From: Podarcis pityusensis
Lineage: Eukaryota
DNA length: 64,000 nucleotides
Direction: 5' to 3' (one strand)
Assembly (NCBI GenBank): GCA_964106645.2
Contig: OZ067050.1
This document shows positions 51,261 to 64,000 of the stretch, one piece after another; the stretch's first letter is position 1, and the number at the start of each line of letters is the position of its first letter. The notes beneath the pieces are model-generated. The model saw only the letters and a list, made by a program, of their open reading frames with translations. It searched no databases and had not been told where the DNA came from. Made by a program: the position numbers and the translations under genes.

Positions 51261-51885
51261 GATTATTTTATTCTATAAAAAGTGGGCAAAATGACTTAAC
51301 TGAAAAATAAAGGAACATATTTGAAAATCACCCCCAAAATAATTTAAGAATAAAAAAGCAAAACAATAAAATAGCAAATATAAAAACATGCCAAAAGCAA
51401 CCTCTGAGTACTATAAATGTAAAAAGATTGCAAAATCCACATTACTTGTCCTGGTAGCAACAAATATAACAAGAGAACCTATCTCATGATGTCCCTCAAA
51501 GTCCTTCTCCTGCAGCAGCTTCTAATAAGACTTTCAAATGCAGGGGTTGGGATTGTTTGAAAGACCTTCCCAGAGGGACCCTAGGAAGAGAAAAACTGGA
51601 AATGCTTCTTTGGCTCCTAATTGTTTCTTTGAAGTCATAGGCAATGTCAGTTGTGAGGCATGCGGGTGCAGTTTGTCAGGAATGGCCAGACAATGGCTTG
51701 TTGCGCTAAATTGGATCCACTGGCCAGAAGTTCCTGATCCATGAGCTAAGATGACAGAGCTTTTTTTATCTGCTTTAATTTCACATTCCTAAACATTCCA
51801 AAATCCCTCCCACAGAAAAGTATCACCCTGGAGGAGGTTTCCTTTATATACAGCAATACAATACATTAAAGAAAAAAGATACAGT

Positions 51886-54800
51886 TTACATCTTTCTCCT
51901 TATAAGTTGCTCCCTGTTGTTCAGCTCAGGCCTCAGCAAAATGATGTAGCATTTAGGGGCAAAGATGCAGCCCAACAATCCAGCACTGGAGGATAAGATG
52001 GAGAAAATCTCCACCACCACCATGGATTTTCCTTTGGTGCTCAGATAGGTGGGAACAAAAGAAAGCCAAACACTGCAGAACAGCAACATGCTGAAGGTAA
52101 TAAACTTGGCTTCATTGAAACTGTCTGGCAATTTGCGAGCTGCAAATGCCACAATGAAGCTGGCAGTGGCCAGGAGGCCCATGTAGCCCAGGACACAATA
52201 AAACATGGTCACGGACCCTTCATTACACTGCACAATGATTTCTTCTGCTACTGAGTCCATGTCTAGATCGGGGAATGGGGGAGAAGTCAACAACCACACA
52301 GTACAAATACTTGCTTGAGTAAGAGAGCAGGAAAGGACAATGGCATAAGTCAGCCGTTTCCCTACCCACTTCCTCATGCTAGACCCTGGCTTAGTGGCCA
52401 TGAAAGCTACCACTACAGTGACAGTCTTTGCCAACACACATGAAACAGCCAAGGAGAAGACGATGCCAAACATTGGTTGGCGAAGAAGGCAGGTCACTTT
52501 CCCAGGGTGTCCAATGAACAGGATTGATGAGAGGAAGCACAGCAGGAGCGCAATGAGGAGAGCATAGGTGAGATCCCGATTGTTGGCTTTGACAATGGGA
52601 GTGTCTTTGTATTTAATAAAAGTTCCTATCATGAAAGTTGTGAGCAGTGAAAAAGAAAGAGCAAGGGAAGCCAAGCCGATCCCCAAAGATTCATCATAAG
52701 AAAGAAAGCTGATTGTTTTGGGATTGCATTCATTTTTGTTCTTGTTTGGATATTGATCTGCTGGGCATCTGACACAGTCATCCATATCTGAAATAGATAA
52801 TATGGTTGAATTTCAGTGGCAATTCATTCTCTTTGCTTCCTGTTGATCTTAACTTTCTGATTTGTATTCGGCTGCTGGTCATGTAATATTATGTGAATTA
52901 CCCTTTGAGTATTTTGCTGAATTTGCCATTTTTTTCTTTAAACAATTCAAACTGACACTCTAAGCACATGGAGGGCTTATTTCAGCAGAACTAATACAGT
53001 TGTGGGGGCAGAGCATTGGCCATCAGTAGCCTCTTTGTCTACCTCATAGCAACCCTCACAACTTTGGTGGCTAAGGCATTGAGCTGGATGCTTAATCACA
53101 GGGGTACCGCGTAAGAGGGATCCAGGAGGGGTGATGTTTTCCAGGAGTCCAGAAGGGGACCAGTGTACCAATACAATTTTCCCAGTGGAGGTCTTCACAT
53201 CCAATCCATGTTGGAGGCATCTCCAAGTAACAGTGGGCCGCCTGATGCTGTATACATGCCCAATGCCTTAGCCAAACTTACTCTTCCCTGTAATCAATAA
53301 AGTTGTGGCCTGGTTCAACCCAATACCAGTCTCCTGTGTCATTCATTATACGTCTGTACTGGCAAATGCAAAATGTAGTCATTATTTCTTTTACAAGGAT
53401 CTGACATAATAATCATTAGTAGTATTGAACAAGTAAAATGCCATATACCATTCTGTTGTGAAATCTTCCCTTCTGGACACAGAGTACAATCGTAGCAGCA
53501 AAATTTATTCCCTTCCTTCCTTTTCTTCTCATAACCAGGACGGCAGTGGTCATTACATACAGAAATGGGCACCACCTGTCCAGAAATTGGAAATAATTTC
53601 ATAAAGGAGTGATATTGCTTTAAAAATTCAGTCACCTCAAATAAGAAAGTGAACTGCTCATCCCCTCCAAAACAAACAAAAAGAAAGAAAAAAGAAAAAT
53701 GAAAGCTGTTCCAAATAAAGCACAGCCATTGGAAACCAGAAAAAAGGACAAGGCACAGGACATGGATTAAGCTAGGGCCACTTTATTAGCTGTAACTTTA
53801 GGAACCAGCCCATATCCTAAAGTGCATATCCGCGAATGAAGCCAGAAGAAACTAATTGACAGCCTTGGGTTCAGATTTTGAAGCAATATAATCTCTCTAG
53901 GAATACAGGGAATTTTGTGGTTTTGTTAGCCCTATTTAGACATAAAAAAGAAGCTATCAAAGATAAAAGTGGTTATCTGGAGCATGCATCAACTCAAAGC
54001 ATTCCTAGATTTCAAACCTGGTTAAAACCTTTGTTCCATATAATCAGGTCCTCATGAATGATGAATTCTTTTCTATTGGGAGCATAGGGATCCACCCATC
54101 CAACCTTCACTCGAAGGAAGGACTTGTTTGGGAAGGTGAGCATGTTTGTGATGTCAAATCCACTTCCCATTTCTCTTCTATTAGTAAAGAACACTGTTTC
54201 TCCAGCTGAGTTGTTAAATGAAATGTCAGGAAGAAAATGGTGCAGCTAATTGAAAAGAAAAATGAAGGGGAGAGAACATAATGTAGGTATTGAGCAAAAT
54301 GCCATGATTTACAAAGACCTTTCTTTATGAGCATTAATTATGGAGCTTCACTTTACATAGACCAAGTATAAAAAAATCACCTGTTTTGACACAGCAGATG
54401 GGGACTTCTGGGGAAGGAAGATGGCAGACTGAATGTCTCCTTATATACCTATATATGTTATCTTAAATACTTTTCTACTTATAGACTTATATATGTGTGT
54501 TACCTTATACACTTAACTATTATTTTCATTTTCACCATTCTCCTCTGCAATATCTGTACTGCAGAGGATTGTAAATTTAGTTTGTGTGTAGAAAACAAAA
54601 AATATGAAGTAAAAAAATATGAAACAAAAAGGAAATGTGATACAGAGGAATGTTAAGGGCATGAAAGATTCTTACTATGGAACCTCGAACAGGATTTGTG
54701 CTGGTGTTCCTTGAAGAAAACTTTGTAGAAAACGTAATAAATATGAGTAACACTGCCACCGATGATGAGGTCACGTGGCTGGTACCACTCATGTGGAACA

Positions 54801-57800
54801 GGAACAGGATCATTCACACGGCACGTCATAGTAGTAGAGGTTTCTTTGTCAGCCAGTGATAATTTCCAAAAGATGTGTAAACTACTTTCTAGCTTTAAGA
54901 AGTAAATTAATCTAAGACATTTGTGTTAGGAGATTGGGAAAATATTGGCTAACATAAAGTAGATCAGGTGGATGTCATCCTTGGGTGAATATTTTGAATA
55001 ATTTCTATTATGTAAGAGACAGAAAATCTTTTATTATTTTGTTCTATTTTTAGTGTTCCTTTGGTGTTTTGTTTTCTTCTCTCTCTCAAAATTAGCTTAT
55101 TTCATCCTATTTTATTATTAAAAAACTTTAACAAAACCGTATCAAAGATAAAACAAAAATATTAAAGATGAAATAAAATCTTGTTAAAAAATGACCAATA
55201 CTGCTGTAGCATGACTTCTGCATTTGAACTGTTATGAAATGTTAAGTTATACCTATAGTTTCAATGAAATAATCATATTTTTCTTGGTCTTCGTTTCTAG
55301 AATATTACCTGCCAAGGCTGCAGATTTTGAAGTTTTAATTTTCCATGGCTTCCCTTTGTTCTCTGCTTTGATGTAGACAAATGAATGGCATGCAAAGTGT
55401 GAGCCACAATATAAACAGCATTGTAGATACTGTAACTATGGCCAGATATTTCCATTGCAAACAGAGACCTTGGAAGACTGTCCAAGCTCTCCTCCCCAGT
55501 ACACACTTCATTGGTGTTCATTGGCGCATCAAGATTTGGAAATATACAGTCAAATGCTTGCTCCCAGAAGACTTTGAAGAAACCTCTCTGGGTCCAGGAA
55601 GGGTTTACGCTTTGAAGAAATTCCTTGAATACTAGAAGATTTTGTGAATGAATTGTTAAGGATATGGCACCTTGGAAGAGCTGAAAATCCAGAAACCTAC
55701 AGATTCCTGCTAATATGAAATCAGTCTGGGCTGTCAAGATCCACACCTTTTTGAATCCTGTGTTTTCCTTATTGGTTGGGTCTCGCAAAAATATAATAAG
55801 TCTCAGGGCTAAAATTGTCAGGGATTCTCCATAGACAATATATGTAGTAACTTTATTATCTGTGAATGGCATATATATATTAACGGCTACATCATCCATC
55901 TCATCCAGGTTATCAAGATGAGCTTTATTTAGGATTCTTTGTGTAAAGGCTGAACAAATTCCATTTTGAGAGAGCAATGGTTGGAATTTATTGATGAAAT
56001 ATTCTCCACTGTTATCATTAGGAACAAAGAGCCCAACCCATGTCCAACCAAAATGCTTAAGCAAACTGATAATCCCTGTGTACTGGTGGGCTTCATTGGG
56101 CACCATGCGATAAAAGGATGGGAATTGAGTCTCCTCTGGAGGAAAGGAACCATATGCCAGCTAAAAGAAATTGTAAAGATGTTATGCAGTAATGTTGAAA
56201 TAGTTATCTAACCTTCACTTAAAATAGCATTCTGATTTGCATTTTGACTAGATCGGTCTCACATGCCTAGGTAGCGATAAAGGGACACCTGACTGTTAAG
56301 TCTTGTCACGGACGACTCTTGGGTTGCAGCACTCATCTTGCTTTACTGGCCGAGGGAGCTGGCGTACAGCTTTCGGGTCATGTGGACAGCATCAGTAAAC
56401 CGCTTCTGGCAAACCAGAGCAGCGCACGGAAACGTTGTTTACCTTCCCGCCGGAGCGGTTCCTATTTATCTACTTGCAGTTTGATGTGCTTTCGAACTGC
56501 TAGGTTGGCAGGAGCAGGGACCAATCAATGGGAGCTTACCCCATCACAGAAATTTGAACCGCCAACCTTCTGATTGGCAAGCCCTAGGCTCTGTGGTTTA
56601 GACCACAGGGCCACACGCGTCCCAGAAGGGGGACGCACATGCCTAGGAAATAACAAAGAAAAGGGGAAGGTGGAATAAAGATTTAGTGTTGGATCAAACT
56701 AAAACTTATTCAGTGAAGACCCATTGAAATAGATCATTAATATTAATAGGTCTGCTTTGAGTAAAATTGCAGAGTAAATATTACCTGATGGATCTACTCT
56801 GAGTAGAACAAGCCTTGGATACAACCTATAGAGGATGGAAGAATAAAAAACCCCATCAACCCTACACATAGCTTACTTGTGGAATCTTGTAGAGATCTAA
56901 TATGTCTACCATATGGAAGGAAGTATCAGAGCCAAGTCCCCCAATGATGGATATGGGGGTTTTCTGTGTGTCACATTTGTAATTGGGAATGAATCTCCCC
57001 ATTTTGAAGAGGAGGTCGAGTGTAGTGCGGTAGGTCATCCTTGCATCAAAATAGCTGTCATGGATGTGGAAGCCAAGTGTGGCATTGTGCAAGATGTTGG
57101 GATTCTCATTTATTTCTTTCACAGCAAATGCCAAAGCTAGAACATGTTGGTAGAATTTTGTCACCACACTGAAAATAAAGCAAATGATTTATGAAAATGA
57201 ATATAGTGTAATACTGAACACATTCTGTTTCAAATTGATTCATAGTGAAATGAAATTATTTTATTTGCAATTAATGCTTCTAAGCTGATAAACACCACAC
57301 AGTCCAGTGAATATTGAACACTGATGATCGATCAGGGCGTTATTAATAATAATGGTAATAAACAACTCAACACCCTGCCCACAGTGAAACATTAAAGTAC
57401 TGTGGAAATTAGTTAGTAATATATAATACTCAATTATAGGGGAAGAGAACTTTGATGAAATTGGAGAACATCATTGGCAAACCTCTAGTTGTATGTTTTG
57501 CACATCTCCTAATATATTTTTTGCATATCTCCTAATATATGTTACCATATACACTTCACTATTTACATACTTATATATAAGTTACCTTAAATACTTATCT
57601 ATTTATATATTATATATATGTTACCTTATATACTTAACTATTATTTTCATTTTCGCCATTCTCCTCTGCAATATCTGTACTGCAGAGGATTGTAAATTTA
57701 GTTTGTGTAAACAAAACAAAAAATATGAAGTCTCTTTCTGTACCCCATTGGAAAAAAAATAGGAAATGTGTTAGAGAGGACTGTTAAGGCCATTGAAGAT

Positions 57801-58018
57801 TCTTACTGTGGAACATCGAACAGGTTCTGTGTTTGGTGTTCCTTGAAGAAAACCTCATAGAAAACATAATAAATATGAGTAACTATGCCACCAATGATGA
57901 GGTCACCTGGCTGGTACCACTCATGTGGAACAGGAATAGGATCATTCCCAGGACACCTGAAAGTATTAGAGGTATTAGAAAGAGGAGGTATTAGAAACAG
58001 CAACACCAACAGCAGCAT
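51886..58018 (-). CDS. V2R gene F, complete, ~870 aa; exons 58018-57807, 57168-56877, 56160-55309, 54245-54018, 53575-53449, 52787-51886
   Basis: Spliced CDS of 2613 nt with no stops; only in-frame indels relative to paralogs (e.g. 9-nt loss at PEE-TQF). Confidence 0.92.
53040..53365 (+). mobile_element. Unclassified AATAAAGTTGTGGCC-box repeat, third family
   Basis: Box at 53296-53310, internal 14-bp perfect inverted repeat, 3' part shared with 63127-63275. Confidence 0.65.
54437..54840 (-). pseudogene. Fragment of a V2R exon 1 (54840-54676, no signal peptide, -1 frameshift) plus intron-1 sequence inside gene F intron 3
   Basis: [39 protein letters not shown]... then GTAAG donor and intron-1 homology to 57590-57800. 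Confidence 0.85.
56272..56635 (-). mobile_element. Sauria SINE, full length
   Basis: Minus-strand 5' end gggacgcgtgtggcc, Sauria core, TSD CACATGCCTAGG (56260-56271, 56636-56647). Confidence 0.88.
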
Positions 58019-59049
58019 CCTGGCACTCAGGCTTCCTTCTGAACTCAGACTCTCTTGTGTTCATCCATCCTAGCTGCCTTAGCAAAGGCTACATTGGATG
58101 ATACATGGCTCAGTTAACCCAGCCCTATAACAGAGAGTGTGTGCTGCATTTAATCAATGTGTAACAAATGCATTCTTTGAATACAATCAGAGATTTCAAA
58201 ATCAGAAATTTAATTGCTAGAATCCTGCCTGCCTCTGGCCCCTACCCCAGGTCTCAGTGCACAGGGTTAGTTATAACCACTTTCAGGCTTGCTTGTTGTT
58301 TTCTAGCTGCTTCTGGGATGCATCTGGAGGTTTGACCTGGTGAAGAAATTGCCGTCATTTGGGTAATTGATGGGTATGATTATGAATGACTTCGTCCGGG
58401 TTTGGAGTCTGAGCTGCTATTTGTCTTTTTTTTACTCACAGTTCTGCTCCTTAGAGGCAGAAAAAGGTGATCAAATGATTTTCCATGGTAATCTTACAAC
58501 AGGATATTCAGAGTGAAGTTATTGGGTAAATAGCAGTGCTAAATTTTGAGATAAAGGACACATCCCAACTCCATTTCTTTCCAAGGGAATAGGAACCAAC
58601 TCCTCTCTATACAGGAAAGCTATAGTTTAAAAACAGCTGTCTTTACTCAGTTGCAGGAACCCACCAATCTATTACCATGCTGGAGAAATGGGGAAATTTT
58701 ACATTTTACATTTTTTTTTTTTAATTTTCTTAGCAGTTACAGTGGAACTTAAGCAAGGAGGGTTCCTCATCATAATGATCATGATCATCGTATGATTGCC
58801 ACTTCCCCCTCCACCCATTCCAGACACAAAAAGTTCAGCTTTCTTAGGGCAATCACCAGATAGCCCTTCCACCACCACTGAGTCCGAGCCACCCACGTCT
58901 GAGCCTGAGTCAGAGCCAGAGCGGAACCAGAGCAACTCGAGCATAATTTTTTTATTTTAAACCCAAAATCCAAGACATTTGCTTTAAAATGTAAAATCCC
59001 CCCTGGATGGACATGGAGGACCACCAAAAGAGTAGGCATGGCAACCCTA

Positions 59050-59460
59050 AACTAAATATCAGGTAGAGCTTTCTGACCGTTAGAGCTGTTTGAAAGTGGA
59101 ACAGATTCCCAAGAGAGGCAAAGTATTTCACTGAAGCATTTTAATGAAAGTTTGGGTGGTCATCAGTCATGGATACTTTAGTTGAGCTTCCTGCATCGCA
59201 GAGGGTTGGACTAGATCAGGGGTCTGCAACCTTTAAGACAAAAAGAGCCACTTGGACCGAACAAAAAAAAAATGGGAGCCGCAAAACCATTGCGACATTT
59301 AAAACAGTGGGGAGTGTCGGGGCACACAATGCTCCTCCTCCCCTCGCTAGTATCCGCCCCGGAGCCGCGGCAAAGGTGTAAAAGAGCCACATGCGGCTCC
59401 GGAGCCGCGGGTTGCTGACCCCTGGACTAGATGATGCACAGAATTCTTCCCAATTCTAGG
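59050..59460 (+). mobile_element. CR1 3' fragment (paralog of 5680-5870)
   Basis: aactaaatatcagg..agagctgtttga..gagggttggactagat|MITE|gatg. Confidence 0.65.
59217..59424. mobile_element. hAT MITE
   Basis: TIRs CAGGGGTCTGCAACC / GGTTGCTGACCCCTG, perfect 8-bp TSD GACTAGAT; absent at the paralog ~5840. Confidence 0.9.
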
Positions 59461-59520
59461 ACTCTTAGATTTTAGTGGGGAAAGTTGCTTAAATGAAGAA
59501 TAAAAGTATACATTAGAAAA

Positions 59521-61137
59521 TGTACAGGGCAAACTGCTTTGGTCGCTCTGTATGCTGACGTTTGTTGGGAGAGAGATAGTAAACATGTCCCTGTTAATTC
59601 TGCTCAACCTCTCAGCAGCTTTCAATACCATCAACCATGCTATCCTTCTGGAACGACTCTTCTTTTCTGAACTAAGGGTGGGTGGCACCGCTTTGTGGTG
59701 GTTCCAGTCCTACTTGGATGGTCGTTCCCAGAGAGTGTTGCTTGGGGAATGCTTTTCAGTGGAACCTTCAATGTGGGGTTCCGCAAGGCTCAATCCTATC
59801 CCACACCTGGTTTAACATCTACATGAAACCTCTGGGTGGGGTTATCTGGAGGTTTGGAGTACATTGTCAGAAGTATGCTGTTGACACTCAGCTCTATTTC
59901 TTCTTTACATCTACACATGAGGCAGTGGAAGTGCTGGACCAGCACCTTGCCTTGGTAATGGACTGGATGAGAGCTGACAAACTGAAACTCAATCCAGATA
60001 AGACTGAGTTCCCTAGACCAGATGGGTGGGAGATCGCCTGCTCTCAATTGGGCTGCACTTCTTCTGAAGGATACAGGTTCGTAGCTTGGGAGTATTTTTG
60101 GATCCTTTGCTGTTGCTCGAGACTCAGGTGGCCTCAGTTGCCCGGAGTGCCTTCCATCAACTTCTGCTGGTGGGCCAGCTACGCCCCAATTTGGAAAGGG
60201 ATAGCCTAACTACTGTTGTCTATTCATCGGTAACCTCATGGTTAGATAAATGCAATGCGTTATACGTAGGGCTGTCTCTGAAGATGGTTCGGAAATGTCA
60301 GGGAACTGACATCGGAGCTATGATGCTGGAGAAGGGCCCAGCAGGGAGAGAGGCAGCTCCGCAGATGGGGAAGCAAATCAGCGCAACACCAGGGATATAG
60401 AGGGGCTGATGGGGGAATCGGCGAGAGGGCTCCAGGACGCTTCACCGGACACCAGCGGGGAGAGCACGGGTCCTCCGCTACCCACGCCCACCCTGCGCAG
60501 AAGACTTCCGCGCAGAGAGAGTAGGAGGAGACTAGGTGTCAAACAACTTTTATGTTGGAAAAGATTTAAGAAACGCCCACTGACGGATTCTGCTAGCGAC
60601 TGAGGCAGCCACGAACTGAAGGGCTGCCCAGACTGAAAGGTTTAGCAAGGCAACAAAGCCTGGAGAGGCAGCAACTTACGCACGAGCAACCCATACACAT
60701 TACTTCAGCTGGTGCAGAATCGAGCGGCCAGATTGCTCACTGGAGCAAGATGGTTTGAGCATATTACACCAATCCTGGTCCAACTGTACTGGCTACCAAT
60801 TTGTTTACAGGCTCAATTAAAAGTGCTGGTTTTGACCAATAAAGCCTTAAATGGCTCAGGACTGCATTACCTCAAGGACTGCCCCTTTCCATATGAACCT
60901 ACCCAGACCCTGAGATCATCTCCTGAGGCTTTCCTTCATGTGCCTCCTCCTCAAGAGGTCCAGAGGGTGGCAACACACACACACACACAAATATTCTCTA
61001 CAGTGGCTCCCTGTTTGTGGAATGCTCTCCTCGGGGAAATTCACCTGGCACATTCATTTTACATCTTTGGATGCCAGGGAAAAATGTTCCTTTATAATCA
61101 GGACTTTGGTTGATTTGATTGACATCCTATGCCCTTT
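59521..61137 (+). mobile_element. Decayed 5'-truncated L2 LINE (RT pseudogene)
   Basis: [65 protein letters not shown], with frameshifts; absent at the paralog ~5930. Confidence 0.88.
60296..60702. mobile_element. LTR-like insertion nested in L2
   Basis: Splits the L2 frame KMVRK|LQLVQN, begins TGTCAGGG, CpG-rich, no clear TSD. Confidence 0.6.
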
Positions 61138-61653
61138 AAAATCAATCATTGCCAAAATAATTTCAGAATAAAAAAGCAAAACAACAAAATAGCAAAAATA
61201 AAAACATGTGAAAAGCAACATCTGAGTAGCATAAATACAAGTGTGCATATTCAGCATTACAGCAAATTTAACAGGCACACTTAGCAGTTTTGCCTGCTCC
61301 TAGAAAGATCGATCTCATTATGTTCCTCACACTCTTTTTCCTTCAGCAACTTCTAATAAGACTTGCAGGGGCTAAATTTGTTTTAAAGACCCCTCCAGAG
61401 GCACCCCAGGAAGAGAAAAACTGGAAACTCTCCTTAGGCTCCAGATTGTTTCTTGGAAGCCACATAAAATGTCAGCTGTGAGGATGGTAGGTGTGGTTGG
61501 CCAGGAATGGCCTAAGAATTGGGGCCTCGGCTGCACAAAATTGGGCCCACTGGCCAGATGTTCCTGATCCCTGATCTAAGGTGACAGAGCATTTTTACAC
61601 TAAAAGATTTAATAGACATAAATACAATATATATATTTTCAAAAAGTTACACT

Positions 61654-63478
61654 TTACATCTTTCTCCTTATAAGTTGCTCCCTGTTGTTCAGCTCAGGCC
61701 TGAGCACAATGATGTAGCATTTAGGTGCAAAGATGCAGCCCAATAACCCAGCACTTGAGGATAAGATGGAGAAAATCTCCACTGCCACCATGAATTTCCC
61801 TTTGGTGCTCAGGTAGGTTGGGACAAAAGAAAGCCAAACACTGCAAAACAACAACATGCTGAAGGTAATAAACTTGGCTTCATTAAAACTGTCAGGTAAT
61901 TTGCGAGCTGCAAATGCTACAATGAAGCTGGCAATGGCCAGGAGGCCTATGTAGCCCAAGACACAATAAAACATGGTCACTGAGCCTTCATTACATTGCA
62001 CAATGGTTTCTTCCATTACTGATAACATGTCTTGATCTGGAAATGGTGGAGAGGTCATCAACCATCCAGTACCAATAATTGCTTGAACGAGGGAGCAGGA
62101 AAGGACAACGGAGTTGGACAGTTTTTTCCCTACCCACTTCCTCATACTGGACCCAGGCTTGGTGGCCATGAAAGCTACAACTACAGTGACAGTCTTTGCC
62201 AACACACATGAAACAGCCAGTGAGAAGACGATGCCAAACATTGGTTGGCGAAGGAGGCAGGTCACTTTCCCAGGGTGTCCGATGAAGAGAAATGATGAGA
62301 GGAAGCAGAGCAGGAGCGCAATGAGGAGAGTGTAGGTGAGATCCCTGTTGTTAGCTTTGACAATGGGAGTGTCTTTGTATTTAATAAAAGTTCCTATCAT
62401 GAAAGTTGTGAGCAGTGAAAAAGAAAGAGCAAGGGAGGCCAAGCTGATCCCAAAAGATTCATCATATGAAAGAAAGCTGATTGTTTTGGGGATGCATCCA
62501 TTTTTGTTCTTGTTTGGATATTGATCTGCTGGGCATCTGACACAGTCATCCATATCTGAAATATAAGATAGGGTCAAATTTCAGTGACTATTCATGTGCG
62601 CCCTTTGCTGCCTGTTGATCTCAACCTTCTGATTTTTTCTGAGCTGATGGTCATTATGTGAATTACCCTTTGAGCATTCTGTTGAATCTATCAGAAATCT
62701 GCAAATCCCAGATAATTGTCCTTATTGATTAGTACACCACTCTAAGCTGGATAGTGTGGGTCCAGTGAGGCCACCATCATTCGGCTATGGGAGGTGACGG
62801 TCCCCTGGAGCTGTCGACATCCAGTCGCTTTGGGCTTTCAGGTAAGGGCAGTCAGTTCCCACTTAGCCAATCAGAGGCAGGGGCCTGGGGGCTACTACCA
62901 GCCCTCCTCTAGCTGATTTAAGGGGTGACCAGCTTCAACCTGCCCTCTTGGCCAATTTTTTGTGGTTCTCCACCCACCTATATTTACGGCCCTCCCAGGG
63001 GGGAAGCATAGTTATAAACGTTTCCCTTTCTTTAAGGGAAATTCCCTTATTCCGAATAGGATTCCTCACAAGAAAAGTGAAAAGTTGACAACTCCCTAGC
63101 ACAAGTTCAACCCACCAGGTTCCTACCAAGTAGCAGTGGGCCGCCTGATGCTGGATACATTCCCAGTACCTTAACCAAACTTACTCATTCAAGTAATCAA
63201 TAAAGTTGTGGCCAAGTTCAACCCAATACCAGTCTCCTGTGTCATTCATTATGCGCCTGTACAGGCAAAGGCAATGTATAGTCATTAATTCTTTTCCAAG
63301 GATCTTATGCAATAATCATTAGGAGTATTGAACAACTAAAATGTAATATACCATTCTTTTCTGAAATCTTCCCTTCTGGACATAGAGTACAATCGTAGCA
63401 GCAAAATTTCTTCCCTTCCTTCCTTTTCTTCTGATAACCAGGACGGCAGTGGTCATTACATACAGAAATGGGCACCAT
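61654..63478 (-). CDS. V2R gene G, exons 5-6 (63478-63352, 62555-61654); exons 1-4 lie right of the window
   Basis: 127-nt Cys-rich exon ([11 protein letters not shown]) and an open 902-nt 7TM exon. Confidence 0.9.
62740..63275 (+). mobile_element. Unclassified AATAAAGTTGTGGCC-box repeat with a nested small hAT-type MITE (~63007-63098)
   Basis: Box at 63199-63213; the nested piece is the reverse complement of the 12578-12656 MITE family. Confidence 0.6.
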
Positions 63479-64000
63479 CTGTCCAGAAATTGGAAATAAT
63501 TTCATAAAGGAGAGATATTTATTTTTAAAAAAATATTCAGTCACTGCACTGCAAATAAAAATGTGAACATCAAACAAAAAGCATTAGAAAGCTGCTTCAT
63601 ACAAAGCAGAGCCATAGGAAACAAAGGAAAAAAAGGCAAAACACAAGATCCACTTTATTAGCAGTAACTTTAGGAATTTATAAATAGCATAGAACATGTA
63701 TGATAAATGTTTAAATCTTCTATCAGGCTGTTAAACCCACTATGACACAGGTGTATCTCGAAAAGTCACCGACATGGTTCACAGAGCCCTATGAAAAGTG
63801 GTGAGAACCAGAATTCATCTGAAGTGTAGCTGTACTTACCATGCACTAGTGTGTAGGTGGATAAATTGGAATAGGCCACCTAGCCCACTCTGACCAGTCA
63901 ATCACAAGACATATCATACATTCCTAATGGGCCCAAACTATGATGCTAAGCTAATCTCATGCTGCATACTAGAAGGGAAGATTTAGTTCACTGTAGGCAA

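Overview
Vertebrate genomic DNA from a squamate reptile. Sauria SINEs establish this; a lacertid lizard is an inference from the repeat repertoire. The window lies inside a tandem cluster of vomeronasal type-2 receptor (V2R, class C GPCR) genes, almost all on the minus strand. I spliced the genes by hand using GT-AG boundaries and recurrent exon sizes (215/292/~864/228/127/~900 nt). Four complete, apparently intact 6-exon V2Rs result: C 16816-24540, D 25920-33555, E 39921-47416 and F 51886-58018. Two more genes are cut by the window edges: A (exons 1-3) and G (exons 5-6). Gene B has an open exon 1-3 frame fused to an antisense L1 fragment beside a 140-N assembly gap. Orphan exon pieces include an inverted exon 1, a frameshifted exon 1, an exon-1 fragment inside an intron of F, and tandem copies of the exon-6 tail. 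Interspersed repeats include a young RTE/RTE-X-like LINE with an uninterrupted RT frame, L1, L2, CR1 and RTE fragments, Sauria SINEs, and hAT and Tc1/mariner MITEs with clean TSDs. The most notable observations are patchwork recombination in the ligand-binding exon, a possible secreted ectodomain-only V2R, and unclassified repeats carrying a covarying long-range hairpin. Overall this is a birth-and-death chemoreceptor cluster. I see no solid evidence for a wholly new biological system, only testable leads.
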